Assembly: GCA_051885615.1 (NCBI GenBank)
Contig: JBJEXI010000018.1
Span: 73,513 to 137,512 of the forward strand
Source of the DNA: Thermoguttaceae bacterium
GTDB taxonomy: Bacteria > Planctomycetota > Planctomycetia > Pirellulales > Thermoguttaceae
Direction: 5' to 3'
DNA length: 64,000 nucleotides
Of the stretch, positions 1-10,195 are shown in pieces. Under the pieces are notes generated by a model. It was given only the letters and a program-made list of their open reading frames with translations, ran no database searches and had not been told where the DNA came from. Both the position numbers and the translations under genes were made by a program. The stretch's first letter is position 1. Each line of letters starts with the position of its first letter.

Positions 1-92
1 GACGCTATTCATAACAAGCCTCTTGAAAAATTGAATAGGATACGCGGCGCTCAGGAACGCGCCGCATAAAAACCAAGAGGCTTATCGTCGCC

Positions 93-1358
93 TCATGGCA
101 ATAAATTAACGAACGCGTCGCGCAAATAAGCGGCCGCTGTTTCTGGCGCTATTGGATTGATATCAATTCCGCTGCCGTGTTCGTAACCGGCTTTCTTCAC
201 AAGACTGGGGAGTATTGTTAGGCGAGGTCGAAAAACCGCGAGCGCCTCAGTCATATCCGATTCCACACGGTAAGGTTGATTCGTCATGACTACATTATAA
301 TCAAGAGGCGTCAAATCCAACGGTCGATAGCGCCGTTTCGTTACCTGCAACGCGCGAAGAGCGTTGCGCGCAAGCTTAGCAACCTCGCTAAGAGTCGACT
401 CGTCATAATCTTCAAACGCCCCGTCGAATAAGGGACAAATTTCAACCTGCAAAGGAAAACGACTCGCATAAGGGCAGTAGAGCGCAAAGGAATCCGTTTT
501 CGCGACGATTCGCAAGCCCGCCTCGATCTCCATCGCCATCAACGCCTCCCAAAAAGAGGCGCTCTCTCCATGTTCTCGACGAACGCGTTCATACCGCGCG
601 ACGCGCTTCACTTGCGCGTCGACGTCGTCGGGAATAACGACGTTGCCCGTAAGTTGACAATGCGTATGCGGCTGCGACGCGCCCGCGTTTACGCCGACAT
701 TCTTAAAGAAAAACGCATAATCATATAATCCGGAAGCTCTAAACTCCTGCAAACGGCTTTGCAACAACCGAAATGCCAGGACGATCTCCTCCTCGGACAT
801 TTCAGCCCATCCGCGAAGGTGACGTCTTGCGTCGATCGCAACTTCGTGACGCCCCACCGCGTCTATCTTCTGAAAAAATCGTTCCTTGAGAGATAATTTA
901 CCGTCGTAGAAAAGGCGTCGAAGCTCGTCAAACCCCTGGGGATGAGTAAAGTGCGCTGGATCGATTCTAAAGGCCGGAAATTTATTTTCGATAACGCGCC
1001 CAAGCCAATGAACCCCTTCCAGATTCCCATCCCGTTCGAGCGTTTTAACCGAATATTTTTCCCCCTTCGCGTTTGAGTTCTCGACTATCGCTGCGACAGT
1101 TTCCGTCGTAATTTGCTCATTACCGGGACAGAAAGCGCAATCTTTGTACGGCGCGACGTCCTGCGCCTCCGATTCAGAAATAGCCTTAGGCGACTTATCG
1201 TCCTCCCCTTCTCCATTTCGACGCGAAGAGATCGGTTCAGGTCTTTTTCCACGACCTTCAGCGATCAGCGTCCAACGATCTATGAGAGGGTCGAGCCTAA
1301 AATCGGAATAATGTCCCTGCGAAACAGAGGCTCGTAAATGCGTTTCTTCTGAGTCCAC
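93..1358 (-). CDS. Galactose-1-phosphate uridylyltransferase-family (HIT superfamily) nucleotidyltransferase
   Basis: 421-aa ORF. It carries the Zn-knuckle CAFCPGNE and the active-site HTHCQ (H-x-H-x-Q) motif typical of the GalT / ADP-glucose phosphorylase class. The start at 1358 appears to be GTG. Confidence 0.75.
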   Translation of the reverse strand: MDSEETHLRASVSQGHYSDFRLDPLIDRWTLIAEGRGKRPEPISSRRNGEGEDDKSPKAISESEAQDVAPYKDCAFCPGNEQITTETVAAIVENSNAKGEKYSVKTLERDGNLEGVHWLGRVIENKFPAFRIDPAHFTHPQGFDELRRLFYDGKLSLKERFFQKIDAVGRHEVAIDARRHLRGWAEMSEEEIVLAFRLLQSRLQEFRASGLYDYAFFFKNVGVNAGASQPHTHCQLTGNVVIPDDVDAQVKRVARYERVRREHGESASFWEALMAMEIEAGLRIVAKTDSFALYCPYASRFPLQVEICPLFDGAFEDYDESTLSEVAKLARNALRALQVTKRRYRPLDLTPLDYNVVMTNQPYRVESDMTEALAVFRPRLTILPSLVKKAGYEHGSGIDINPIAPETAAAYLRDAFVNLLP

Positions 1359-1538
1359 TTGAGATCAACTTGGGGAGACGATAACGCTCCTCAAAAAATA
1401 CATATGTTTTTAAATTATTAAAACGCCGACGCTAGACGTAAAATCTAGACCGACGTTTGTCACAACTTCTAAACGGCGAGCAAGACGCGCGAACGTCGTC
1501 TCTCGTCTTGCTCTTCATTTCGCAAACGCCCCCTAAGC

Positions 1539-2846
1539 TCAGCGGGTAACGGTGTGGTAAACCTGACCGATACCGGGAACCTGAATCTTGAGACGACCGT
1601 TTTCATCGGGCGTATTCCAGGGCGTGCCGTCCCAATCGTAAGAGCTCGGACGATAAGACTTTTCAGACTTGATTTCTTCGTCCCAGTTCAACTTCTTACC
1701 AGAATAGCAAGCTTCGCGCGCCATGATACCCATCATTGTCGCTTTCGCCATGTAATCGCCGTTGTTGATCGTGTCGATCTTACCGCGGATGGACTTGTAA
1801 AGTTCAACGTGTTCGAGCGTGTACATATCGGAATCAACGCGTTCCTGTTCGTAGATGACCTTGCCGTCGAGATCGGTGATGCGACCGCGACCGAGGATCG
1901 ACGCGAAGCCCTTCGTACCAGCGAAGTACGCCTGGTTCTCGCCCCAGCAACCGTTCTGCTGACGGCAGAAGGAGTAGAAGGTCGTGCCGTTCGGATACTC
2001 AAAGACGGCCGCCATGGAGTCATAGATATCGCCGTTGGCGGGCTGCGCGACGCGTTGCATACGAGCGCCTAAGCCGTAACAGGTGGCAGGAGCGACGTCG
2101 CCCATCGCCCACAGAGCCTTATCAAGAGTATGAACGTGCTGTTCGATGTTGAAGTCGCCCGAAAGCCACGCATAGTTGTACCAGTTGCGAACCTGCGCCA
2201 TCATTTCGGTATCGCCTTCCGCACGAGGACGGCTCCAAAGCTGGCTGGTAAGATAGGTCAAGCGACCGGAGGTGATTTCGCCGATTTCGCCGCCGCAAAC
2301 GCGTTCCATGACGTCTTTGACGTTGAGGTCATAGCGCCAGCAAAGACCGGATACGAGGGTCAACCCCTTTTCCTTCGCGATCTTAGTGGATTCCATGACG
2401 GAACGGATACCCAAAACGTCGGTTGCGACAGGCTTTTCACAGAAAACATGCTTGCCCTGAGCGACGGCGTATTCGAGAGAGCGATAACGGAAACCGGGAG
2501 CTTCGCAAAGGAGGACGAGATCCGCGGCGTCGATCGCGTCTTTGTACGCGTCAAGACCGGCGAAGATGCGATCGCCAACGTCGATTCTGTCGCCAAAGGC
2601 GGCTTCGAGACCTTCGACGGCGCCCTTAGCCTTAGGCATGAAGGCGTCGGCGACAGCGACGATCTTGCTATTGGGATCGGCGTTAAGGGTATTCGCGGCA
2701 GCTCCACGACCACGACCGCCGCAGCCGATAAGCGCTACTTTAATTAGGTTGTCTTCACCGGCGTGAACGCGAGGAAGATTAGAAGCGGAAAGAGCGGCGA
2801 CGCCAATCGCGCTCGTCTTAAGGAAGTTACGACGAGAAAGACTCAT
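1539..2846 (-). CDS. TAT-exported Gfo/Idh/MocA family oxidoreductase (paralog A)
   Basis: 435 aa with an ATG start. Twin-arginine signal SRRNFLKTSAIGVAALSA, Rossmann motif IGCGGRG and the Gfo/Idh/MocA signature FCEKPVA. Confidence 0.85.
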   Translation of the reverse strand: MSLSRRNFLKTSAIGVAALSASNLPRVHAGEDNLIKVALIGCGGRGRGAAANTLNADPNSKIVAVADAFMPKAKGAVEGLEAAFGDRIDVGDRIFAGLDAYKDAIDAADLVLLCEAPGFRYRSLEYAVAQGKHVFCEKPVATDVLGIRSVMESTKIAKEKGLTLVSGLCWRYDLNVKDVMERVCGGEIGEITSGRLTYLTSQLWSRPRAEGDTEMMAQVRNWYNYAWLSGDFNIEQHVHTLDKALWAMGDVAPATCYGLGARMQRVAQPANGDIYDSMAAVFEYPNGTTFYSFCRQQNGCWGENQAYFAGTKGFASILGRGRITDLDGKVIYEQERVDSDMYTLEHVELYKSIRGKIDTINNGDYMAKATMMGIMAREACYSGKKLNWDEEIKSEKSYRPSSYDWDGTPWNTPDENGRLKIQVPGIGQVYHTVTR

Positions 2847-2949
2847 TGTAAAATCTCCATCTCAAGGGGTAAAAGTTAAAGGCGCTTATCGTTACGCGCT
2901 ATATTTAACTAAAAATAAATTTTTCGTCAACGTTCCGTTTCGACGTCTA

Positions 2950-4266
2950 TTATCGCGACACGGAATGATAAACTTGTCCCAGACCTGGAACTTGAATTTT
3001 ATATCGGCCTTGTTCATCCGGAACGTTCGCAGGAATTCCGTCGGGGGTGTATTCGCTCGGCCCATAAGACTTGTCTGAATTGAGCGCTTCGTCCCATGTA
3101 ATCTTTTGGCCAGTATAGCACGCCTCGCGCGACATAATTCCCATCATCGTCGCTTTCGCCATGTAATCGCCGTTGTTGATCGTATCGACTTCGCCGCGGA
3201 TTGATTTATACATCTCTTGGTGTTCGATAAGATACATGTCCGACGCAACGTTCTTACGTTCGTAAATAACCTTGCCGTCAAGATCGGTTATGATCCCGCG
3301 ACCTAAGACGGACGACACATATCCCTTCGTTCCGGAGAACGCGGCGTTGTTCTCCATCCAGGTTCCGCTATGGTGACGGCAATAGGAATACAACGTCGTG
3401 CCGTTTGGATACTCGAAAACAGAAGCCATGGAATCGTAAATATCCCCATTTCCAGGCTCCGCGACGCAAACCATGCGTCCGCCAAGCCCATAGCACGTTG
3501 CAGGCGGAACGTCGTGCATCGCCCACAAGCCCTTGTCGAGGGTGTGAACATGTTGTTCAACGTTAAAATCGCCGGAAAGCCACGCGTGATTATACCAATT
3601 CCGAACCTGTGAAATAAGTTCCGGCTCCCCTTCCACGCAAGGACGCGGCCTGTGACTTCCGCTCATATAAGTGAGACGAGCCGACGTAATATCGCCGATC
3701 GCTCCATCAAGGACGCGTTGCATAATATCTCTGACGTTCAGGTCATATCGCCAGCAAAGGCCCGACACAAGAGTAAGGCCCTTTTCTTTCGCAATCTTGG
3801 ACGATTCGATCACTGAACGCAACGTCGGTGCGTCCGTCGCCACGGGCTTTTCGCAGAAAACATGCTTTCCCTGTTCAACGGCGTAAGCAAGAGAACGGAA
3901 CCGGAAGCCGGGGACTTCGCACAAAAGAACGACATCGCAACAATCAATCACTTGCTTATAAGCGTCGAGTCCGGCAAAAATGCGCCCTTCGACGTCGACG
4001 CGATCCTCAAATTGAAGTTTAAGTCCCTCCGCCGCGCTTTGCGCCTTCGGCATGAACGCGTCGGCTACCGCATAAAGCTTCGTATTGGGATCCGCAGACA
4101 AAGTGTTGACAGCCGCCCCGTTTCCACGACCGCCGCATCCGATCAATCCGACTTTTAACTCATTGCGTTCGCCGGCATGGACGGGGGCTAAAGTCAGCCC
4201 GGTAAAAAGAGTGCCTGCGATGGTTCGTGAATTTAAAAAAACGCGGCGACTTTCAGCGGTTTTCAT
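2950..4266 (-). CDS. TAT/Sec-exported Gfo/Idh/MocA family oxidoreductase (paralog B)
   Basis: Collinear with paralog A, and by eye about two-thirds or more of residues are identical. Motifs IGCGGRG and FCEKPVA are present. I prefer the ATG at 4266, preceded by AGGAG, over the TTG at 4269. Confidence 0.85.
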   Translation of the reverse strand: MKTAESRRVFLNSRTIAGTLFTGLTLAPVHAGERNELKVGLIGCGGRGNGAAVNTLSADPNTKLYAVADAFMPKAQSAAEGLKLQFEDRVDVEGRIFAGLDAYKQVIDCCDVVLLCEVPGFRFRSLAYAVEQGKHVFCEKPVATDAPTLRSVIESSKIAKEKGLTLVSGLCWRYDLNVRDIMQRVLDGAIGDITSARLTYMSGSHRPRPCVEGEPELISQVRNWYNHAWLSGDFNVEQHVHTLDKGLWAMHDVPPATCYGLGGRMVCVAEPGNGDIYDSMASVFEYPNGTTLYSYCRHHSGTWMENNAAFSGTKGYVSSVLGRGIITDLDGKVIYERKNVASDMYLIEHQEMYKSIRGEVDTINNGDYMAKATMMGIMSREACYTGQKITWDEALNSDKSYGPSEYTPDGIPANVPDEQGRYKIQVPGLGQVYHSVSR

Positions 4267-4401
4267 CAATTAGGCTCCTAGTAATACGAAAGGTTACGGA
4301 AAGGAACTCCCCTTCTCTCCCGATTCTATCTAAATTATGTACGGAATTCAATATCCTCGGAAGATTTATTCATTAAATTCTATCCGAAACAAATTCATTT
4401 C

Positions 4402-5223
4402 TCAACGTCTCGGAATCTTTGTTTTCGGATAACGTCGTAAGATTTCAGTTACTTTGTCACGCAAAGCGCCATTTGTCGCGACGCCCTCGCGCCCTTCGAT
4501 CGTCTCTTCGTTCTGCCAGTTGCAAAAAACTCCGCCCGCTTCGTGAAGAATCGGAACCATCGGCGCGGCGTCCCAAAGTTCGAAGAAAGGATCCGTCATA
4601 ATTTCAGCGCGTCCTGTCGCGACAAGATAATAACCGTAAGCGTCTCCCCACGTCCGCGTCAAACGGCATTTTTCTTCAAGCTCGTCATACGCCCCTTCTC
4701 GACCGACAAGATCAAAATCATAGCAATCCGTCGTAAGAAAAAGCGCGTCTTCCAAACGACTTACCGATGATACGCGCGCCGGTCGCCTCTTACTTTCGTC
4801 GTTAAAAATTTCCCAAGCGCCAAGTCCCATTCCCCCGCAAACCCCGCGACCCAACGCCGGAAGCCAGATGACGCCGATTTGAGGCTCAAGCTTGCCGTCT
4901 GCCGCAATCTTTTGAACGCCGACGAGATTTGAATAAATTGGAACGCCGTGAACAAACGATTTGGTTCCGTCAATCGGATCGATGATCCATTGCCAACCGG
5001 AAGAGCCGAGCTTGTCGTCGAGTTCTTCCCCCAAAATCGAATCGTCCGGAAAGGACTCCATAATCAATCTTCGCCCCAGCGCCTCGGCTCCGCGATCCGC
5101 CTTCGTAACCGGAGTGCCATCCTGCTTACTCTCGACGTCCATGGAGTCGCTATCGAAATATTCAAGGGTCAAATTCCCCATTTGACGAGCTAAGTTTACG
5201 GCAAATTCAAAACGGTTCTTCAT
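4402..5223 (-). CDS. Inositol monophosphatase family protein (IMPase/HisN-like)
   Basis: 273 aa. Motifs LGEE, WIIDPIDGTKSFVHGVP and WDAAP are characteristic of the IMPase/FBPase superfamily. Confidence 0.8.
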   Translation of the reverse strand: MKNRFEFAVNLARQMGNLTLEYFDSDSMDVESKQDGTPVTKADRGAEALGRRLIMESFPDDSILGEELDDKLGSSGWQWIIDPIDGTKSFVHGVPIYSNLVGVQKIAADGKLEPQIGVIWLPALGRGVCGGMGLGAWEIFNDESKRRPARVSSVSRLEDALFLTTDCYDFDLVGREGAYDELEEKCRLTRTWGDAYGYYLVATGRAEIMTDPFFELWDAAPMVPILHEAGGVFCNWQNEETIEGREGVATNGALRDKVTEILRRYPKTKIPRR

Positions 5224-5417
5224 TCGTATTCCAGCCTTAAGCTTGAAGGATATTTGAGGATTAAGTCTCTTAAAATGTGGACTACACGAAAATTTAACAC
5301 AAAATAATCAAGCGCCAAGATTGAAATGAAAATCTGGATTTCTATAATTTCTTGGCAATGTCTAAAAACTCTATTAGACCGCTATTCATCACACAAATCA
5401 TTGTACGAGGTTACGTC

Positions 5418-6644
5418 ATGCGCGACTTTTCCATGTCTCGTCGTTCTTTTATCGTCAACAGCGCCGTCGGAGTAGCTCTAGCCTCCGCTTTACCGTCTTC
5501 AGTAAAGGGGCAAGACAAACCGAAAATCCAGGGGTTTGATGAAACCGACACGGCGGTCGACCCTAACGCTAAATGGGAGCCGTTCACTGATAGAAAGCTT
5601 CGTATTGGTATTGCGGGATACGGTTTATGCCAATTCGGCGCGCAATTTGGGCTGCAAGATCACCCTAACGCCGAAGTGGTCGCCGTAACCGATTTGTTCC
5701 CTGACCGTTGCGCGGGCCTTGCCAAAGCGTGTCGTTGTGAAAAAACATACGAATCGTTGGAAGAGATGGTCAAAGACGACTCTATCGAGGCGGTGTTTAT
5801 CGCGACGGACGCGCCGAGCCATGCCGATCTTGCGTGCCTTGCCTTAAAACATGGAAAGCACGTCGCTTCCGCCGTTCCGGCAATTTTTGGCGACGTTGAA
5901 GACGCCTACCGTCTATATGAAACGGTCAAAGCAACCGGCCTCTACTACGGAATGTTTGAAACGAGCGCGTTCCACGACGACGTCTATCAGGCGCGTAAAA
6001 TCTACAATGCCGGCGGATTTGGGCAAATGATTTACACCGAAGGCGAGTACTATCACTTCGGCGTCGGCGTCCTCGAGGGGTATAAGAACTGGCGTAGAGG
6101 CCTTCCGCCTCAATGGTATCCGACGCATTCGAACGCCTACTATACCTGCGTCACGGGCAATAGTTTCACGTCCGTTTCTTGCGTTGGTCATGTGAGCAAG
6201 GAAGAGGAATATCAGCCGGGACAAAATCCTTACAACAATTACTTTGGAACGGAAACGGCGCTTTTCACGACCTCTGAAGGAGGCTCCGCGCGAATGGTCG
6301 TGAGCTGGGACTCTTGGGGTTGGGGCGGCGAAACCGGGCGTATGCGCGGCGAACTTGGCGCCTTCAACGGCGGCTACGCCGGACGTACCGAAGAGGTGAA
6401 CAACATCGTCGCCAAATTGGGCGATCTTCGCAAACCGGCGTTGCCCCCGACGGTTGCGCCAGGTTCTCACGGCGGTTCCCACGGTTACCTGGGTTCGAAC
6501 TTTATCGAATCGATCCTAAAAGACCGTCATCCGCTCGTGAACGTGGCGGTAGCCCTTAATACGACAGTGCCTGGTATCGTCGCGCACACCTCGGCTCTCA
6601 AAGACGGCGAAACCCTCCGCATCCCGGAATTCAAGATGTGGTGA
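5418..6644 (+). CDS. TAT-exported Gfo/Idh/MocA family oxidoreductase (third, distant copy)
   Basis: The ORF is open from 5352 (TTG). I prefer the ATG at 5418, which gives MRDFSMSRRSFIVNSAVGVALASA, a twin-arginine signal. It has an N-terminal Rossmann-like IGIAGYG motif, and the length and layout are typical of the family. Confidence 0.7.
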   Translation: MRDFSMSRRSFIVNSAVGVALASALPSSVKGQDKPKIQGFDETDTAVDPNAKWEPFTDRKLRIGIAGYGLCQFGAQFGLQDHPNAEVVAVTDLFPDRCAGLAKACRCEKTYESLEEMVKDDSIEAVFIATDAPSHADLACLALKHGKHVASAVPAIFGDVEDAYRLYETVKATGLYYGMFETSAFHDDVYQARKIYNAGGFGQMIYTEGEYYHFGVGVLEGYKNWRRGLPPQWYPTHSNAYYTCVTGNSFTSVSCVGHVSKEEEYQPGQNPYNNYFGTETALFTTSEGGSARMVVSWDSWGWGGETGRMRGELGAFNGGYAGRTEEVNNIVAKLGDLRKPALPPTVAPGSHGGSHGYLGSNFIESILKDRHPLVNVAVALNTTVPGIVAHTSALKDGETLRIPEFKMW

Positions 6645-6727
6645 GAAAAATAGAAACGTCGTTCCAATAAAAAAGAAGGGTGTGATCGTGGAAAGATCGC
6701 ACCCCTTTTTAACCTGAAGGAGAAATA

Positions 6728-7576
6728 CTACGGATTTAAAACCTTCAGGAAATGATTCTGTAGCGACCAATTCGCTGTCGCAAGGAGCGGTTGATTCGCC
6801 AAGTCAAAGGGTTTGCCGCTGGTATTCGTCGCGACGCCGCCAGCTTCCTGCAAAATAAGGACGCCCGCCGCAACGTCCCAAGGGTGCGCCGATTGACACG
6901 ACATTCCTTCAAAACGTCCAGACGCAACGTACGCAAGATTTAACGCGGTCGAACCAGTACGACGCAGAGCTTGGCAAACGGTCACGCAGCGCTGGAAAGC
7001 AAGCGTGTCGGGAGAATCGGAACGCGCTTCGGTCTCGTAGGAAATCGCAACGAGCGCATGCGCGGGATCCTCTACGGAACTCGTCGTAATTTTCGCGCCG
7101 TTAAGATACGCGCCGCATCCCTTCTCCGCCGTGTATAACTCGTTGGTATTCGGATTGTAAATCGCGGCGCAAATGATATCGTTACCACGCGCCAAGGCGA
7201 TCGACGTGCAGAAGAAAGGAACGCGGTGCACGAAATTCGTCGTGCCGTCGAGTGGGTCGACAATCCACGTGTAAGGCTTGTCTACAGGAGCGGCGCTTCC
7301 GCACTGACTTTCGCGAAGCATCTGTCCCGCAGGAACGTTTGAAGCGAAGGCGTCCCCAAAGGAGGGAGTTTTCCCCTGAGATTCCTCGCCCAAAAAACAA
7401 TGGCAAGGAAAAGAATCTAACACGATTTCTTCGATCGCGCGTTGCGCTAAGACGTCCGCTTCCGTGACAAGATCCGCGCGACTCTTTTCGCGGAACCCGA
7501 CTTTTCCTAACTTTTCCCTTAATATGGCGCCCGCCTCATGCGCAGCTCTTACCGCCGTATCCAAAAATTCCGACAT
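6728..7576 (-). CDS. Inositol monophosphatase family protein (SuhB-like)
   Basis: 282 aa. Motifs FLGEES, WIVDPLDGTTNFVHRVP and WDVAAG. Confidence 0.85.
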   Translation of the reverse strand: MSEFLDTAVRAAHEAGAILREKLGKVGFREKSRADLVTEADVLAQRAIEEIVLDSFPCHCFLGEESQGKTPSFGDAFASNVPAGQMLRESQCGSAAPVDKPYTWIVDPLDGTTNFVHRVPFFCTSIALARGNDIICAAIYNPNTNELYTAEKGCGAYLNGAKITTSSVEDPAHALVAISYETEARSDSPDTLAFQRCVTVCQALRRTGSTALNLAYVASGRFEGMSCQSAHPWDVAAGVLILQEAGGVATNTSGKPFDLANQPLLATANWSLQNHFLKVLNP

Positions 7577-7641
7577 TTTAACTCTACTTCCAGAAATGAT
7601 GCGTCATCAGAAGAATAAGCTTGAAGCGTTAAGGAACAACG

Positions 7642-8100
7642 TCATTTCAATTTACGCCATTCCGCAACTGCGAGTTCATCGCACCTCTCGTTTTCTTTAT
7701 GACCTGCATGTCCTTTAATCCAGTCAAACTCTACTTCATGGAGCGAGACGAGCTCATCTAGTTTTTGCCATAGATCAAGATTCTTTACCTCGGCCCAACG
7801 TCCCTTCTCTTTTCTACGCCAACCGTTTGCTTTCCATGAACTCATCCATTTGGATAGACCGTTAAGCACATACGTGCTGTCGCTCACAAGCCGTATCGTC
7901 GACGGGCGTTTTAAAGCCGAGAGCCCTTCAACTACGGCCAGCAATTCCATCCGATTATTCGTCGTTTGAGGTTCCCCCCCCGAACGTTCCAATCTCTTCC
8001 CTGAAGGCGCATGATACAGCACAAAAGCCCAACCGCCTGGGCCGGGATTGCCGCTGCACGCCCCGTCTGTATACAAGATTGTCTCCGGTTCCTCAATCAT
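7642..8100 (-). CDS. rnhA: Ribonuclease HI
   Basis: 152 aa. Motifs YTDGACSGNPGPGGWAF, NNRMEL, SDSTYV and WIKGHAGHKENERCDELA match the RNase H catalytic DEDD layout. Confidence 0.93.
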   Translation of the reverse strand: MIEEPETILYTDGACSGNPGPGGWAFVLYHAPSGKRLERSGGEPQTTNNRMELLAVVEGLSALKRPSTIRLVSDSTYVLNGLSKWMSSWKANGWRRKEKGRWAEVKNLDLWQKLDELVSLHEVEFDWIKGHAGHKENERCDELAVAEWRKLK

Positions 8101-8250
8101 ATGAATCAGTCCACTTCTAACAATTGGCGCTTATCGTCGACGCACACACGCCTCGACAACTAAATTTCAAATAGAGGGGATTGTCAATTTTATCATAAAG
8201 AGAATTGTCCGCAAGGGCGCATATCGTCATGGGGTCGTCAAGGGGTCAGG

Positions 8251-10056
8251 TTAAGGGGTCTTGACGGAACGATCTTCAGTTTGCTCATTTGGACGTCCCC
8301 CTCGAAAACGCGTCATACCGCTCTCGTTTCCCTTGGCTCGAGAATATTGAGGATGATACGGCGCAGGAGTCTCGAACTGTTGGACGTCATTAACGGGCGC
8401 AGACGTAAAATCAATTTCATACCTCTTTTGAATAATCGCGCGCGTTTTGGCGACAAGATATTGCGTCATATGATCGAGGTTTGGAGTCGCGCTAAGTTCG
8501 GAGAGAAGCGACACCGCAGCGCTGTAATTCCCGTGCTGAGCTTCCTGCCATGATCGCCCGGCGAGAGCAAACGTTTCGACGGCAATATCCGATTTAGTCC
8601 GTCGCCCTAACTCCTGAAAGAGACGCCCTGCGGATTCGACGTCATTTTCCGAGACATATACAAGAGCTAGTTGTCGCTTTGCTCGAACTTCCCAATAATC
8701 AGCCCCTGGAAAATACTCGTAAACGCTCTTCCACGCGTCGACTGCGCCCGTTTGAAGAGCAAACACATACTGTTCTTCGACTGTACGAAATCGTTCAACG
8801 CATAGAGGTGGCTCAGGAGGCGCTAAAGAAAGTCGTTTATTATTGAGAAAATGCAACAAACCGCCTAAAAGAAACGAAACGACAAGGAAGGCGGAAAAGA
8901 AAGCGACGCGCCGTCGATTCCAAAAGACGACGCCCTCGCGCTTAGCAAACTCAAGTTGATCGTACGCCGCGCGCCAATCAAGAGCCAACGACGTCGTAGT
9001 TACGACTCGATTGTATCGTTCGCGTTCTTCGTCCGTCGAAAAGAATGTTGAAACGCCGCTCTCCTCCTCCAAGACCGCATCCTTCAAAGACGATTCAAAA
9101 TGAGAAAAAGAGCCCAGACATTCTCGTCGAGCCGCGCGAATATCGTTGATTAATTCGGAAAGAGACGCCGGTCTGTCGGCGACGTTCTTCTCCAACATCC
9201 GCATAACTAGGTTCGCAAGACCTTCGGGAACCTCCGGTCGAAGTTCGAGGACGGAAATTGGACGCTCGTTAATATGTTTAAGAGCGACGGCAAGAGGCGT
9301 GGCGCCGTTGAAAGGAGCCCTCCCCGTTAAAAGCTGATAGGCAGTGACTCCAAGCGAATAAACGTCGCTACGCGCGTCGACAGCCTGTCCTCGCGCCTGT
9401 TCGGGACTCATATAGAGAGGCGTTCCAAGCGCGACTCCAGTTCTCGTCGCATAGGCACCCGTCATCGTAGATTCCGTCGGCCCAATCGCGCGAGCAAGTC
9501 CAAAATCGACAACGCGAATGATTCCTGCCGAATCGACAAGAATATTCTCGGGCTTAACGTCGCGGTGAACCAGGTTGAAGTCCGACGCGCACTTCAAAGC
9601 GGCGGCGACCTGCTCTAAAACGGTGAAGGTCTGTTGAATCGACGCGGGGCCGTTCCGGCGCAAAAATTGCGCTAGGCTTACGCCAGAAATAAATTCTTGA
9701 CAAATAAACCAATAGCTTTTAGCGTTCTCTCGACGATTCTTACCCCATTTCAACCAAGAAGACGTCGCGGGCACATTTAACTCGCCGACTTCGTAGATAC
9801 GAACGACGTTTGGATGTTCCAACTGGGCCGCGGCGCGCGCTTCATGCAAAAATCGACGAACGTAATTATCGTCCGAGGCCAACGCGTCTTTGAGAATTTT
9901 CAACGCGACATGTCGTCCCAACGAAATTTGGCGAGCAAGAAAAACGTCGGACGTCGCCCCGCCTCCGATTCGTTTCAGAATTTGATAATCGCCTAGCGTC
10001 TTCCCGCATAAATCGGTACGATCGTCCATTATTACCTCATTGTGCCCGACCGACAT
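8251..10056 (-). CDS. Membrane-anchored Ser/Thr protein kinase with a C-terminal helical (TPR-like) domain
   Basis: Hanks kinase motifs are present: GGGATSDVF, VALK, HRDVKPENIL, DFGLA and SPEQ. A central TM helix (VAFFSAFLVVSFLLGGLLHF) follows. An alternative start at 10029 (MDDRT, GAGG upstream) is possible. Confidence 0.88.
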   Translation of the reverse strand: MSVGHNEVIMDDRTDLCGKTLGDYQILKRIGGGATSDVFLARQISLGRHVALKILKDALASDDNYVRRFLHEARAAAQLEHPNVVRIYEVGELNVPATSSWLKWGKNRRENAKSYWFICQEFISGVSLAQFLRRNGPASIQQTFTVLEQVAAALKCASDFNLVHRDVKPENILVDSAGIIRVVDFGLARAIGPTESTMTGAYATRTGVALGTPLYMSPEQARGQAVDARSDVYSLGVTAYQLLTGRAPFNGATPLAVALKHINERPISVLELRPEVPEGLANLVMRMLEKNVADRPASLSELINDIRAARRECLGSFSHFESSLKDAVLEEESGVSTFFSTDEERERYNRVVTTTSLALDWRAAYDQLEFAKREGVVFWNRRRVAFFSAFLVVSFLLGGLLHFLNNKRLSLAPPEPPLCVERFRTVEEQYVFALQTGAVDAWKSVYEYFPGADYWEVRAKRQLALVYVSENDVESAGRLFQELGRRTKSDIAVETFALAGRSWQEAQHGNYSAAVSLLSELSATPNLDHMTQYLVAKTRAIIQKRYEIDFTSAPVNDVQQFETPAPYHPQYSRAKGNESGMTRFRGGRPNEQTEDRSVKTP

Positions 10057-10195
10057 AACGTTGTCTCTCTCCTTAGGGATTAATTAGCGCGACTCGAGAC
10101 AAACTGACTTCGTAGCGAGTCGCGCCGTTAGTGTCCTCATCGAATTAAAACAACGCTCAAAACGTATGGTTTCGCAAAAGATCTTTATGATAAAC

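Noticed and set aside
5-83. Nested inverted repeats downstream of the GalT-like gene: AAGCCTCTTG 16-25 with CAAGAGGCTT 74-83, enclosing GCGGCGC 44-50 with GCGCCGC 59-65
   Set aside because: This is most simply a 3'-UTR or terminator structure at the very edge of the window. The context upstream of position 1 is missing, so nothing more can be said.
5913-6482. 189-aa minus-strand ORF inside the third Gfo/Idh/MocA gene
   Set aside because: It is an antisense shadow ORF with an R/A/G-rich translation. The plus-strand frame has the TAT signal and the family layout.
6485-6515. GGTTCGAAC string resembling a tRNA T-arm
   Set aside because: It lies inside the well-supported Gfo/Idh/MocA CDS, and no acceptor or anticodon stems can be drawn around it. 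I found no tRNA-like cloverleaf in any intergenic gap.
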